The notes beneath the pieces are model-generated. The model was given only the letters and a program-made list of their open reading frames with translations, did not search any database and was not told the origin of the DNA. This document shows, one piece after another, positions 25,688 through 37,593 of a stretch of 64,000 nucleotides of DNA (position 1 is the stretch's first letter; the number at the start of each line of letters is the position of its first letter). Made by a program: the position numbers and the translations under genes. Origin of the DNA: Yuukianura sp. NJ FZ-2021 (lineage: Eukaryota). The DNA lies in NCBI GenBank assembly GCA_046563655.1, contig CM102287.1, positions 9,610,001-9,674,000 of the forward strand, written 5' to 3'.

Positions 25688-26760
25688 CTAGCGAAACCGT
25701 CGCGTAAACGTAAAAACCGAAACTGCGGCGCATGCCATACCATAACCAAAGTAAATCTGGAAGAAAACCGATATATAAAAAATAAGTTCCTAGAATTCTA
25801 TGAAACTAATTTTGATAATTAATTAAGTTAATTCTTACACTTCCGAGGACAAAAATCTGAGATCCAATGACATAAACGACATCGGGGTCCATCTTGGTGA
25901 GGACAATGCGTGAGGTCAAGAAGTAGCTGCGGTCATCAATGGCCTTCATAGCCCGGACACTTGGACCTGCATCAATGTTGCTGGATATCCACTTTTCGAC
26001 GTTTCGTCCAGTGGATATCCAGTGGATAATATATTTCATGTGGTTGTATCCAGCAGAAATTGATGGATAATATACAGTGTTGCTGGATGGTTGGACAAAA
26101 TATTTCTTCCACTCTCCTCGAAAATGGTGGATAGTGGATACATCCGGATTTTATTGGTTTCTTCCGGACGAAACTCGGTTTCGTTCATCGGAAACTGGAT
26201 TCTATCCGGATTTATCCATGTATCCAGTGGATATCGCCCGGACGAAATGCTAAAAAAGTGGATATCCAGCACCACTGATAAAATAGATGCTTCCACCTAA
26301 TTTGATGTAGGTGGAAGAAACATTTTATCCAGCCGGCAATATTGACCTGGATGCATGACCAGGACACCTCCAACATGGACATCCGCCACTCCATAGGCTA
26401 TGAGCAGCACTCCTGCGACTGCGTGGGCCACCCCGTCAGTGACCTTGACCCAGCGTCGTTGCAGGGATATCTGGTCCGTCACGAGCAGGAGGAACCACGT
26501 CATGGAGAACAACCAAAATGCAACGAAAATTGTGTCCAGAATGGTGTACAGTGTGGCCAAGTAAAATACTGTACAGATTGTGCCCAGGATCTTTTCAAAA
26601 AAATCAACTCAAATGAAAAATTTCTAAAAAAAAAAAAAAAAAGTTCGAAATTTTATTTTTGAAAGCAAGTTTTAGTTTGTACAAGTGAGATGACACGTAT
26701 CGGCCCATCGGTAGAGTCAGAAAGTTCGCCCCAGAACTTACGCAGGCGTCGAACAGTCAT
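25688..26760 (-). CDS. MARVEL-like 4-TM protein, paralogue B (remodelled intron structure)
   Basis: MTVRRLRKFWGELSDSTDGPIRVISL|ILGTIC...VTDGVAHAVAGVLLIAYG...MHP|GPSVRA...VIGSQIFVLGS|IYFGYGMACAAVSVFTFTRRFR*. Confidence 0.7.
25973..26344. mobile_element. Non-autonomous TIR element (hAT-like MITE) with an 8 bp TSD, forming an intron
   Basis: Termini CAATGTTGCTGGATA and TATCCAGCCGGCAATATTG. Internal ~55 bp inverted repeats (25973-26028 versus 26221-26277) and many GGATATCC motifs. Flanked by acctgcat (25965-25972) and acctggat (26345-26352). Confidence 0.75.
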
Positions 26761-27092
26761 TCTTCAGCGATTTATGCACTGTTTAGAACAAAGTGAAAGT
26801 TTCAAAAATTCAATTTAAATTGCAAAACACAATTATTGTGATTTGTAATTTTGATTTTCAGATTTTGTTTTTGAGTATTTTAAATTGTTGGAATGCATAC
26901 AATCCAGTCAAAATTTTTCAAAATGTTGCTATGGTAAGAAAAAGAATCATTATATAACTGCATAATTTTTTAATTTAAGGGGAGGCTACACTGTGTGTGG
27001 TAGTTTAAAAATTTTAATTTTTCAAATTCATATTTTCTAAATTACAAATTAAACTTTTATTAAAATTAAAGGTAGTTGTTTTAAACTTATTT

Positions 27093-27817
27093 TTAGCCAT
27101 GTGGATTAGATGAAGCCCGGAATAGCCGAAATCCAATAAAGATAAACAGAAATCCATCAAAAATTCCAAAAATCTGAAAAAGAAGAAATATTTAGCAGAC
27201 AAGCCATATTTACATTGTTTTATAATATTAATATGATATATTTTAATATATTAATATAATATTTTAATTATTATCTTACTCCTGCAATTATATTTTGAGC
27301 AAAAAGCCCGCCTCCCCCGGTGTTTCCTACTTTTGCAGTTGGGATAAACCAACAAATGGCTCCGATTATCAATAGGGCTCCACCTCCAACGTGATAGAAA
27401 AAGTCCTAAACAAAAGTAGGTCAGCAGGTCAAGGTCATTTCATAATTTCAAAATTTCGAACTTTTTTGAAAAAAAACTTCAAAGGCTTACCATTTTACTC
27501 AAAATTTCATTTTCTGACAGAGCATCAATCAGAGCAAAGATGATCCAGACCAAGGTGATCATGAAAGTGACGATGAGAACTGCCAGAAAAAATTCAGCTT
27601 CGATGTAATGCACATAGAAATTGCCTGACGCTACCAAACCCAGCAAAATTGTGCCAAGCACCTATTAGTTCAAAAAAGAAGTTCAAAATTTCGAAAACTT
27701 TACTTCAAAATTCTTTTTTTGAAGAAAGTACAGCAGGTTTCCCTTTTTTTTTCCAAAACTTACCACCGTGAGCATCTTCAATTGCCAAATGAGGCTCCGG
27801 AAAATGGCCGTATTCAT
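27093..27817 (-). CDS. MARVEL-like 4-TM protein, paralogue C
   Basis: MNTAIFRSLIWQLKMLTV|VLGTILLGLV...EFFLAVLIV...SKM|DFFYHVGGGALLIIGA...IIAG|IFGIFDGFLFIFIG. Confidence 0.75.
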
Positions 27818-28580
27818 TTTGAATTTGATCCAATTCTACCTCCAAGACCTTCTAAGATTTAAATTTTGAAATTTTGAAATTCCTTTGGGAAGAAAAAATG
27901 AAATTTTGAAAAATTTGGAAACTCTGGCCAGAACCCAGTGTATGCTAGACTAAGGTGTGAAAAGCAGATGAGTAACAAATGACATGATATGACTCTGGAA
28001 CTGATTAAAACCTGTGATTAATTTTATCATTATCACTTCCCCCATTTATTACTGCCAAGATAAAACTACTAAATCTTCTAATGCTAAGCATCACACATCT
28101 AGAACACAAAAATCTAACGGTTTCTAGAGATTCAGAAAAAAAACGAAGAGCAAAAAATTTTTTCATTATGATCCAATTCGTTTAAAACCGAATTTTCAAA
28201 TTTTCAAGCTCAAGAACTTCGGCTATTTGAAATTGATTTTTCCGAAAAACTTTTGACTAAAATGGAGACCTTGAACAGCTCATTTGCAAAAACTCAAACA
28301 CGAAATGAGAAAAGTTTTCAAAACAAAGTTGTCTTTTGCATGTGTCATGTCATGTCATGCTTGTTTTCAAAGTATTTCACAGGACGAATAAAAATTTCAA
28401 AAGTGAACCAAGATTATTCATAACGATTCCAGACCTTGAACATCTTCATTTCATTTCTCAAAATTCAAATCCGCAAAGTATTCGCTGAAATTCCAAATTT
28501 TCTGAAATAAACCGGAAATTGTTGTAGATTCGTGTTTTTGAGAGAAATTGATCACTGTGAAGGAAGTAAAAGCAGAAAGT

Positions 28581-29289
28581 ATGAAAATAGCCACGACTGT
28601 TTTCAGAATGGTCTCGTTCGTAAGTTTCAAAATTTTCACAAAAACTGCAAAAATGATAAATTTTTCAAACGTTTGACCTTTGACCTTAGCTGCTTGCAGT
28701 AGTGACTCTTGGCCTTTCAGCTTCAAAATACATAAACCACAGCTACGAAAAGACGCTCATCGGCATCACTTCTACTGTCATCATTTTGTCTTTTATTTGG
28801 ATCGTTCTAACTTTCTTGGGATTGGTCAAAGCCAGCAGCAACTTGACGCGGAGACTCGTACATGCGATTTTGTTTTCAAATTTTGAAAACTGAAATTAAA
28901 AATTTTGAAGTCTTTTTGTATCGTTACAGGATGGAGTTTTTCAAATTGCAGCAGGAATTGCAATGTTGGTTGCCACCGGTCTTTGGATCGTCAATGTCAT
29001 TGACTTTGGAAAGCATTGCGTAGCTGCCAATAGTGCAATATCAGATGCAAAGAGGGAACTGATCAAACAAGGGTTTCAAATAACACAAGACGCCGCCATT
29101 CCCCTTTGCTCCGACTGCGCTAAAGCTCAGCGATTCACGGCTGGAGTAAGTTGACCTCTGACCTCTGACCTCGCATTTTTTCCAATTTCTGGATAATTAC
29201 AGGCATTCGGAGTTCTGACGGGAGCGGCCTATCTAATTCTTGGACTAATACTGCTGGTCAGCCCGAATTCTGCAACGAACCGTCATTAA
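28581..29289 (+). CDS. MARVEL-like 4-TM protein, paralogue D
   Basis: MKIATTVFRMVSF|LLAVVTLGL...YEKTLIG...RRL|DGVFQIAAGIAMLVA...RFTAG|AFGVLTGAAYLILG. Confidence 0.75.
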
Positions 29290-30142
29290 TCCACAGTTTA
29301 CTAACGCATTCATTGTTTTTAGTACTTCTATTTAAAAAAAAACACCAAAATTTTAATTTTGAACGGAGAAACTTGCTTTGTTTTGAATTTTTAAAAATAC
29401 AATTCACACAATGAAAATCAACACCTCAATTTTTCCATTTTTTGCACTTGACGAATTTCGTGAAAATTTTAGGCGGCGTAAAAAAAGTCAACTTTTTCTT
29501 GTATTTATATTTTTAACTGATTATTATCTTAATTAATTAAAATAAATTATTTAAATGCAAGTAAAATTCAAAGTTCACAGTTCCCAGTTGATTCCCTTGA
29601 AAATGAAATTCCTTTGAGCAAAGAAAATGACACTAATAACTCATTCCAGCATCAAAATTTCGCAAATTACAATTTTTCGCAAATTGGCCTTGATTTTTAG
29701 CAAGGTTTGAAACATTATGAGAATTCGTGGGTGAGTTTAGAAGGTCAACTCCTTTTCTGTGTCAGCCATAAACACATTCCTTTTTCCACATTTTGTTTAT
29801 GGACTTTTCAAGGAAAAATTTCTGCAAAAAGTTTGCAAAAAACGGAAGTTTATTTAAGGCGATGATCATCTTCTTTTCTTTACGCAGCTCCGCTGTATGA
29901 GCAATGTCTATTAATTTCCAAGCGGAAAAACTGTGCAAAAACTACACAGAGAAATTGAAGTTGTCATTATGTAAGTTATGTTTGCGAAAATGATTACGTG
30001 CAAATTGTTTGCGAAAAGTGACTAATCTTAAAAGCTCTTGAGACTTACAGGGTCATTGTGGATTAAAGTTGGAGGAGTCATAGTCAGGACCTTCCAGAAA
30101 TCACGTCACCGTTCATAAGACACCAGGATGTAAAGCTCAGCT

Positions 30143-30173
30143 CATAAAAGAGTGTGCCAATTCGCATTCAGTC
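30143..30173 (+). promoter_or_regulatory. TATA-like box plus arthropod initiator upstream of paralogue E
   Basis: CATAAAAG at 30143 and TCAGTC at 30168, about 25 bp apart and about 150 bp before the ATG. Confidence 0.45.
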
Positions 30174-30316
30174 GTCGTTTAGTGCTTGAGGAAGTGACTT
30201 TGTTTAAATACTTTGAACAATAAATACTATAAACAATAAAAAATTTATAAAACATTGACTATAAATATTATAAACTATAAACAACTTATAAAATTTGAAC
30301 AACAAATTCCGGAAAA

Positions 30317-31206
30317 ATGGGTTTCAACACCGGTGTTTTCAGTGGCCCGAGCGGAAGTCTCCGTCTATTTACACTCGTAAGAACGCGCTTTACACAAAAT
30401 GAGAAACTTTTTAGTTCAAAATTTAGTTTTTTGAAAAAGTTGTTTTTCAAAGTTCAAAATTTTGAAAACTTTCGAATTCCTGAAAATGTTGAGTTGTGTA
30501 GTAGATGCATGCCGGACAACAATTTGTACATATTTTAGCTAGACGTTTTTACTAAGCAGGTTTCTCTGATCAAATGGTATTTTAGTTATTCAAAGTCAAA
30601 AGTAACGATGTGTAGAGTAGTAAATTAGTTAATTGTGATTAAAATTTTAAGTAATTAGTTAATTTCAATTAATTAGTTGATTTGAATTAATTGCAGATCC
30701 TTGGAGCCATAGTTGTTGGAGTTGCGCAGGATTGTTACTACAGGGGAGTTGACTACGAGGACTTTTTCTTCTGGACTGCTGTCGTCCTCCTCATAGTTTC
30801 AGTGATACTGGCAGTAGCTGCTTTTCTGGGCATCACTGGAGACGCTGTTTTTGTTAAGAAGGGGGTAAGTTGACCTTTGACCTTTGACCCTTTATGTATT
30901 GACCTTTGACCTTTTTGAACAGGATTCTGGATTCCACTTGGTGGGAGGACTGGTGTTCCTCATCGCAGCATGTCTCATGCTCTACAGCATCTTCCACATT
31001 GGAAACAACCGCAGTACGGGTTTCTTCATTGAGAGAATTGCCGCTGGGGTAAGAAAATGTGACCTTTGACCTTAAAAATCCTTTGAGTTTTGACCGCTAG
31101 TTTGTGAAACTTGAGATTTCGAAATTTTGATTTGAAATTCTAGGCGATTGGACTCATCAATTCCCTCGTCTACTGTTCACTTGGTTGGAACATGTGGAGA
31201 AGCTAA
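30317..31206 (+). CDS. MARVEL-like 4-TM protein, paralogue E
   Basis: MGFNTGVFSGPSGSLRLFTL|ILGAIVVGVA...YEDFFFWTAVV...KKG|DSGFHLVGGLVFLIAA...RIAAG|AIGLINSLVYCSLGWNMWRS*. Confidence 0.8.
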
Positions 31207-31671
31207 GCTTTTAGAATCAAATGACCTTGCTTATAACGTGACCTCTGATTCAGGTCAAAGGTCAACTTGACCCTGCCAAAAACTAGGTTAAACGATCTTC
31301 TAAAACTGTAAACTAAGTTCAAATCAAAACTAATTTTCCAACTTCCAGAATACTCGTCACTTTACTTTCACAACTTAAATGATATTATAACTAATAATAT
31401 TAAAATTGTACCACACATATTAAAATATAACTTCAAACTTTGGTTTTCAATGTTTTCAAAATTTTCCGTCTTTTTCTAAAATTGCTACTAATGTGTTTCT
31501 ACATTACAAAGTTACATGGAAATTAGTTTTTAGTCACGAAACCAATTTTCTGGATTTTTTTTTATTTTGTAGGCGTTCGTGTTTTGTTTTTCTGAACAAA
31601 AACCAGTTTTTTGTGTACTTTAACGAGTGGTTAGACAGTTTTGTTACAAGGGATTTCCCATAAGACTTTAA

Positions 31672-31976
31672 GGGCAATTGCTGCATGATTGCTACGACTC
31701 TCAGAAAACTACGACCACACTTTTCGCATTAGCATACGCTGGAAAATATCACTCAAATCTTTTTTCTTGAGGAAACTGTTCGCTTCATCCAGAAAACAGA
31801 GGTTTTCTGAAGGACATTCGTGAAAACATCGTATTTTTGCCATATTTTGCTTCCTACGGCTAAACGATTATGAAAAGGCAGAAAAAAAGATTTGAGTGAT
31901 ATTTTCCAGCGTATGCTAATGCGAAAAGTGTGGTCGTAGTTTTCTGAGTGTCGTACCAATCATGCAGCAATTGCCC
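31672..31976. mobile_element. MITE with ~95 bp near-perfect terminal inverted repeats (PIF/Harbinger-like ends)
   Basis: GGGCAATTGCTGCATGATTG...GGAAAATATCACTCAAATCTTTTTT is mirrored by AAAAAAAGATTTGAGTGATATTTTCC...CAATCATGCAGCAATTGCCC. Flanks are TAA and CAA; no coding capacity. Confidence 0.85.
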
Positions 31977-32733
31977 CAAAAGATTGGGTCAAAATGCATG
32001 ATTTTTTTGTTTACGATTTACTGTTCACGAACTACGTAACAGCACTGTGGCGACATGAGAAAAACCTGCGAATGGTTCGAAACTTTGAAATTTTATAAAA
32101 ATCTCATTAATTAATGCTAATATAGTTGAAATTAGTAACTAGTAAATTGAAATATCAAATGTACTTTCCAACTGTCTCACAATTTGAATTTGACAGAGCG
32201 GGATTTCCGGTATTTTGAATTCGGTTTCGGTTGCACTTAGGTTTAACGATCATAATTGGGTTACTGATGCAGGTAGTGAAGCTTACAAGCTTACAATGAA
32301 ACTCATTTGTTGCACAAAATTTCAATTGTAAAGAACACCCGTTCGGGTTTTTCGTGATTACGTAGGCTGTAAATTCTAAATTTTTAGTCGTTGCCATGTC
32401 AACAAAACGTTTTTTGGCGTTATTTTTATTGACCTCCAGTCTCTCCTTAAGCGTAAAGTTGGGCTCTGTAGATTTTGTGTGTGTGTTCTACTGACTGCTA
32501 CGCAGTTTGTAATTGTTACAAAAAATTTCATAGTGTAAACATTTTACTTTTTACATCCCTCCTGTAGCCATATGCATTGAGTGTTGAATTGTTGCTGGAT
32601 TCTTGTTCATTTGAAAGGTGTGGTCTCCATCCCTCCGAGGCAGCAGCTTTTCCCATTGTCATCTTGAACCAAGGACACATCCGCTATTTTTACACCCCTT
32701 CATCTTCTCTGTTCACAACAAAACACACGAATC

Positions 32734-32734
<1 letters not shown>

Positions 32735-32778
<44 letters not shown>
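32735..32778. repeat. (TCA)n microsatellite, about 14-15 units
   Basis: Perfect tcatcatca... run; it explains the spurious poly-H and poly-S ORFs. Confidence 0.95.
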
Positions 32779-33133
32779 GTTCCAACTGATGATGATCACA
32801 TTCATCTGGGGATGATCCACGGACCAGTTGGAATATAAATCAAAACAGTGAATAATTCAAAAGTTCGTAAATAAAAGCTAGGGTGTGGACTAAACAGAGG
32901 AAACAGACAAAAATTTTACAAAGTTTTGTAGAACAGAGTGAATACAAAGTTTGACACAAAAATTTGAGCAAATGGAAACAGGAAGTTTCAATTTTGTGAA
33001 ACAAACTGCTAATTTTCTTCGAAATTGAAAATGTTAAAACTTTTTGAAAAACTGACGAACTAAACTGTTTTTGAAGGGTACTAAATTTTGAAAATTTCGC
33101 GAACGTTATCGAAGGTGTTAAAAAGTGAAGAAT

Positions 33134-33736
33134 ATGGACACAAGTGGAGTTTCAGGGTTGGCGGGACTGTTTCGGATTTTGACGCTGGTAAGTACGCTGC
33201 TAGTAGCATATTAAAAATGTTGACCTTTGACCTTTGACCTTTCAGCTCCTAGGCATCGCTGATTTTGGCGTTACCGTGGACGCTTTTCAGCATCACTATC
33301 GAAATGAAGAATTTTTCTTGACAGTGGTCATCGTCTGCCTCGTTTTCTCCAGCATTTCGTTCCTCTTTACTTGTCTTCGTTGGAGCAAACCCAAAATTGT
33401 AAATTTTAATAACTTATTTTATATACTTTTATATTTTATATAATTCATTAAGCATTTGCTCAAATTAGGACATTGTATTCCACATTATCGGAGGAACACT
33501 GCTCCTCATCGGTGGGATTTTAATGCTGTACAGTGTCATTCAGTTCGGTCGAGGCACGTCTGCTTTTGGTCGTTGGTTCTACGGAGTCCGGATTACTTCA
33601 GGCGTAAAACTAATTAAATTAATTAACTTATTTAATTCAACTTAATGAAATTATATTTAAATCTTTTCAGATATTGGGAATCATCAATTCCATCTTCTAT
33701 GGAATTTTGGCGTTTCTCCTCATGCGGAAATCTTAA
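33134..33736 (+). CDS. MARVEL-like 4-TM protein, paralogue F
   Basis: MDTSGVSGLAGLFRILTL|LLGIADFGV...EEFFLTVVIV...PKI|DIVFHIIGGTLLLIGG...RITSG|ILGIINSIFYGILAFLLMRKS*. Confidence 0.8.
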
Positions 33737-34602
33737 AAAGTTGAAAGGTCAACTTCCGTTTGGTACAAAATCAGAGTTCAAGATCAAGTTGTAATACACA
33801 TAGGGTCAGTCTTTCACTCTTCTGTTTTCAATGCAATTTGCCAAAATGCAATATCCCCACCAAAGTGTTAATTAATTCTTAATTGTTAATTAAATTTACG
33901 TTAAAGTAAACAATAAAAGCACTTACTGTAATTCTGAATTTAAATGTGGCGTCACTTATAAGAATAAAGAAATGGCGCGAGAATAATTTGAATTCCAATT
34001 TCTCAAACAGTTTGAGTTGGTGTAAAAGTTTTTAAACGCACTACTTACCTGTTAAAAACTTTGCAGGTATGGGAAATCGGTCGCAAAATTTCTTTTACTT
34101 TTAGTTTTAATAGTTTACTTTATAATAATTATAATATAATTTAATAATTATAATAACAATCGTTTTGTTTAACACTAACCTCAAACGTTTTTAAAACGTT
34201 CCGAAAGAATTGGTTCTAAAATTTCGTTTGAAAAAGTTAATATGCCCAGCCCTAGTGCAAAATGTACAAAGCAACCGGAAGGAAGTTTTAGCACAACCGA
34301 AATTTTCACAACATTATGATTTTTTGCAGTTCAGTTTCCGTTTCCGAAGTTTTCAATTATCCTGCTGGTTTTTAATGAAATTTTAATTATTAATCGACCA
34401 CTGGCTTTGGCAAGATTTAAGTAAAGGTAAGTGGCGAAGGAGTGAGTTAATGATGGGACTAATTAGTTGAACTTTAACTAATCAAAGGAATGCTTTTTAC
34501 AGACGACACGGTACGGTAAACGGTGAGAACCGGTAATAAGAAGAGGAAAAGACGATTACACACTAGCGAAATTCTGGAAGAAAACTCTAATACAACTACA
34601 GC

Positions 34603-37231
34603 ATGGTGACTGAGGACAGTCCGTCTGTACCACCATCACAGCAACCGAGATGTTTTTTCGACATGGAAATTGGGGGCATTCCTGTGGGTCGGATTGTATT
34701 TGAACTCTTTTGGGACAAAACACCGAAAACAGCTGAGAACTTTCGAGGTTTGGTATGCGGAGACAAAGGGATTGGAAAGCAGACGGGAAAGCCGCTTCAC
34801 TACAAAAATACCATATTTCACAGGGTCATCAAAGATTTTATGATTCAAGGGGTAAGAGGAAAACGTTTCTAAACGTTTACTAAGGTAAAAGCCATCGAAC
34901 TAATCGTACCAAGACTAATTACATTTCGTTTGAACAGGGCGATTTTGTGAAAGGAAATGGAACTGGAGGAGAGAGTATCTACGGAGGCACTTTTGAAGGT
35001 ACAAATGCCTTCCCGTTCAATGCCGGAATTGGAAAAATAAAGTTTTTGGTTTGCTTTAGACGAAAATTTTGAACTGAAGCATGACGAGCCATTTTTGTTG
35101 TCAATGGCCAACAGAGGTCCAGCTACAAACGGAAGTCAATTTTTCATGTAAGATGGTTTTGGTAGGAGAGGGAACCTCTAAACAATTTTGATATTTTTTG
35201 AAGTTTTGAAGGCAGAAATGATCCTTCCTCATAACTTTTTTTTTAAAAACTACTCAATTCAGCTTTTCCTCCAACTCCATATTTTTATTTCCGTAGAAAT
35301 TGATTTGGAGGGAATTGTTGAACAGTGTAAGGTCTTTGCTCCTCTCAAAAAGTGTCAGTCAGCCACTTTAATCCAAACATGTTTTTCTCTCTTCTTCTCA
35401 ATTAGACTCACACAATCAGCTCCGCATCTCAACGGGTAAGTTCACACTTCCAAATCTGCTAAAATCCCATCAATTTTTCATTGAACAAGTAAACTAACTG
35501 TTACTTTTTGTTATTGTAGAATTCACGTTGTGTTTGGGCGGGTAGTCGGCGGACAAGAGATTGTTCGTCAGATTGAGAGCCTTCCGGTGGATCGCAAGAA
35601 TCGTCCGTTGCAGGACGTCAAAGTTGCAAATTGTGGCGAACTTGTTCTGCTTGTGAAACGTAAAAAGGGTAAGATTGAAAATTGAACGAGGAATGAATCA
35701 ACCGGAGTGAAGTCAAACAGTGTCCAGTGTTTACAAAACTACAATTTCAAAAAAATAGTCTATTTATTTTGATTTTGTCCATGCCGTTGTAGAGAAAAAG
35801 AAGAAAAAGAAGCAATCTGCATCTTCAGAAGATGATGGAAGTTCGGATGAAGACAGGAAGAAGAAGAAGCTTAAGAAAAAAGACAAAGAGAAAGAAGAGA
35901 AATCAGTTCCTGCTGCAGAAGTGGTCGAAGAGAAAAAGTAATTTCTGAAAATTCTCTTAAATTGTAATATTAAATCAGTTATATTGAATTTCTGTTTTTT
36001 AGGCCTCTTCTAGAAAATCCATTTTTGCCTAAAGTGACCGAGATCGAAGAGGGTGAGATTCCGAAGGATCCGTTCAATCGTCTTCGTCGTGCAGTTGAAA
36101 CTGACAAGGAGAAGGAAGATGAGAAAGACTCTGACAAAAAGAAGAAAAAGAAAAAGAAGAGCCGCAGTCGAAGTCGTGACAAGGATGAACGCAGAAAGTC
36201 AGATCATCGTGGAGATAATTCACGTCAAGATCACGATGCATCGCAGCGACACCGCGGTGGTGACCGTGACCGTGATGGAGGTGGTCGTGATCGTGACCGT
36301 GGAGAACGGCGAGGAAGGTCACGAGAAAGAGATTTTCCTAACAGGAGAGGTGGAGGATATCAACAGCAACGGTTTCAACCTAACCGTTCTTCTTTTGGCG
36401 GCGGTGACAAGAAGGTCAAAGGTCGTGGGCGTATTGTAAGTTATTTCACTAAAGAAACCTTTTTGTTTTTGCTTCTTTTTTTAGTTCCTTTTTTTTTTTT
36501 TTGCAGTGCTTCCGTCCTTCCAGGAGTCGATCCAGGAGCCGCACACCACCACACTGGAAAGCCGAAACCCGCAAAACCATCACGCTGAAGGAATTCGAGG
36601 TAACTGTCAAATTCCTTGTTAGAAGTTAGTAAGCTAATGGAATTTAGCCTAATTAACCTAATTTATTTTCCAGGAAAAAGAGAAGGCCCGTCGTCAAAGA
36701 GAGGAAGAACTAAAACGTCGTCAGGAAGAGCGTGAACGTCGTCACAAGGAAACGGAAGAAGCTGCCGTTGCGTCAGGCGAGAAACGACGATCATCTCGTT
36801 CCGATTCCGACGCTGCTCGTGTTGCATCGAGCAAAGAGAAAGATGAACGTCGTAGTTCCACAATCTTAAACGAAACGGAAACGGATCCACTTGTCGTAGT
36901 TGATTCCACTGTGTATCATCACTTACTCCACAAGAGGAGTACTGGAGGAGGAAGTGACGATGACAAGTCACCTTCCAAACGTCGACGAAACAGCAGTGAC
37001 GGTGACAAAACTGAGCGGACCAGAACCGGACCGGGTGACAACGGAAGTGGCACGGATACGGGAATTTTGTTTCCTGGAGTGGTCGAGGCTACGGCGGAAG
37101 TTGAGCATCGTTTACGAAACGAACTTTTGAGGAAACGGCTCAAGGCGTGGGAAGAAAATTCAGATGAAGAGGGAGACACGAAGTACAAGTCTAGAGACAT
37201 TGCATCCAGAATCAGACTTGAAGCGGAGTAA
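34603..37231 (+). CDS. PPIG: RS-domain cyclophilin (PPIG/Moca-cyp-like)
   Basis: [85 protein letters not shown], then a K/RS-rich tail with [10 protein letters not shown]. Confidence 0.9.
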
Positions 37232-37593
37232 GTTAAAAACTTCGAAAAAGTTTGTCAAAAACTTGTTTTCGAAAAGTTTTTTTTAAAAAGAAACATCACC
37301 ACAACCAAGTGAAAAAAGCTAAGGCCATCATCATGCTGTTGCATGGTTAAATTTTTAGCTTCATTGTTTACTTTTCCTTCTTATCTTCAGAATTAAGTTT
37401 TACTTGAGAATAATTCAAGAATTTAATTACTTATTATAAAATAATTTAAAGTATTTAATTAATTAGTTTTAAAAACTTTATTCCTTGGAAATAGATTCTT
37501 TGTGATTCAGATTACTTAACTTTAATTTGATTTGGCAATTTAGCAGGTCCTGATTGGTCCACCGTGGAGGAGCTTGAACGGGATTGGTTGCAG

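Noticed and set aside
32577..32815. Poly-His and poly-Ser ORFs, and a box C-like stem after the microsatellite
   Set aside because: The ORFs are products of the (TCA)n repeat; the TCCAACTG/CAGTTGGA stem lacks a box D.
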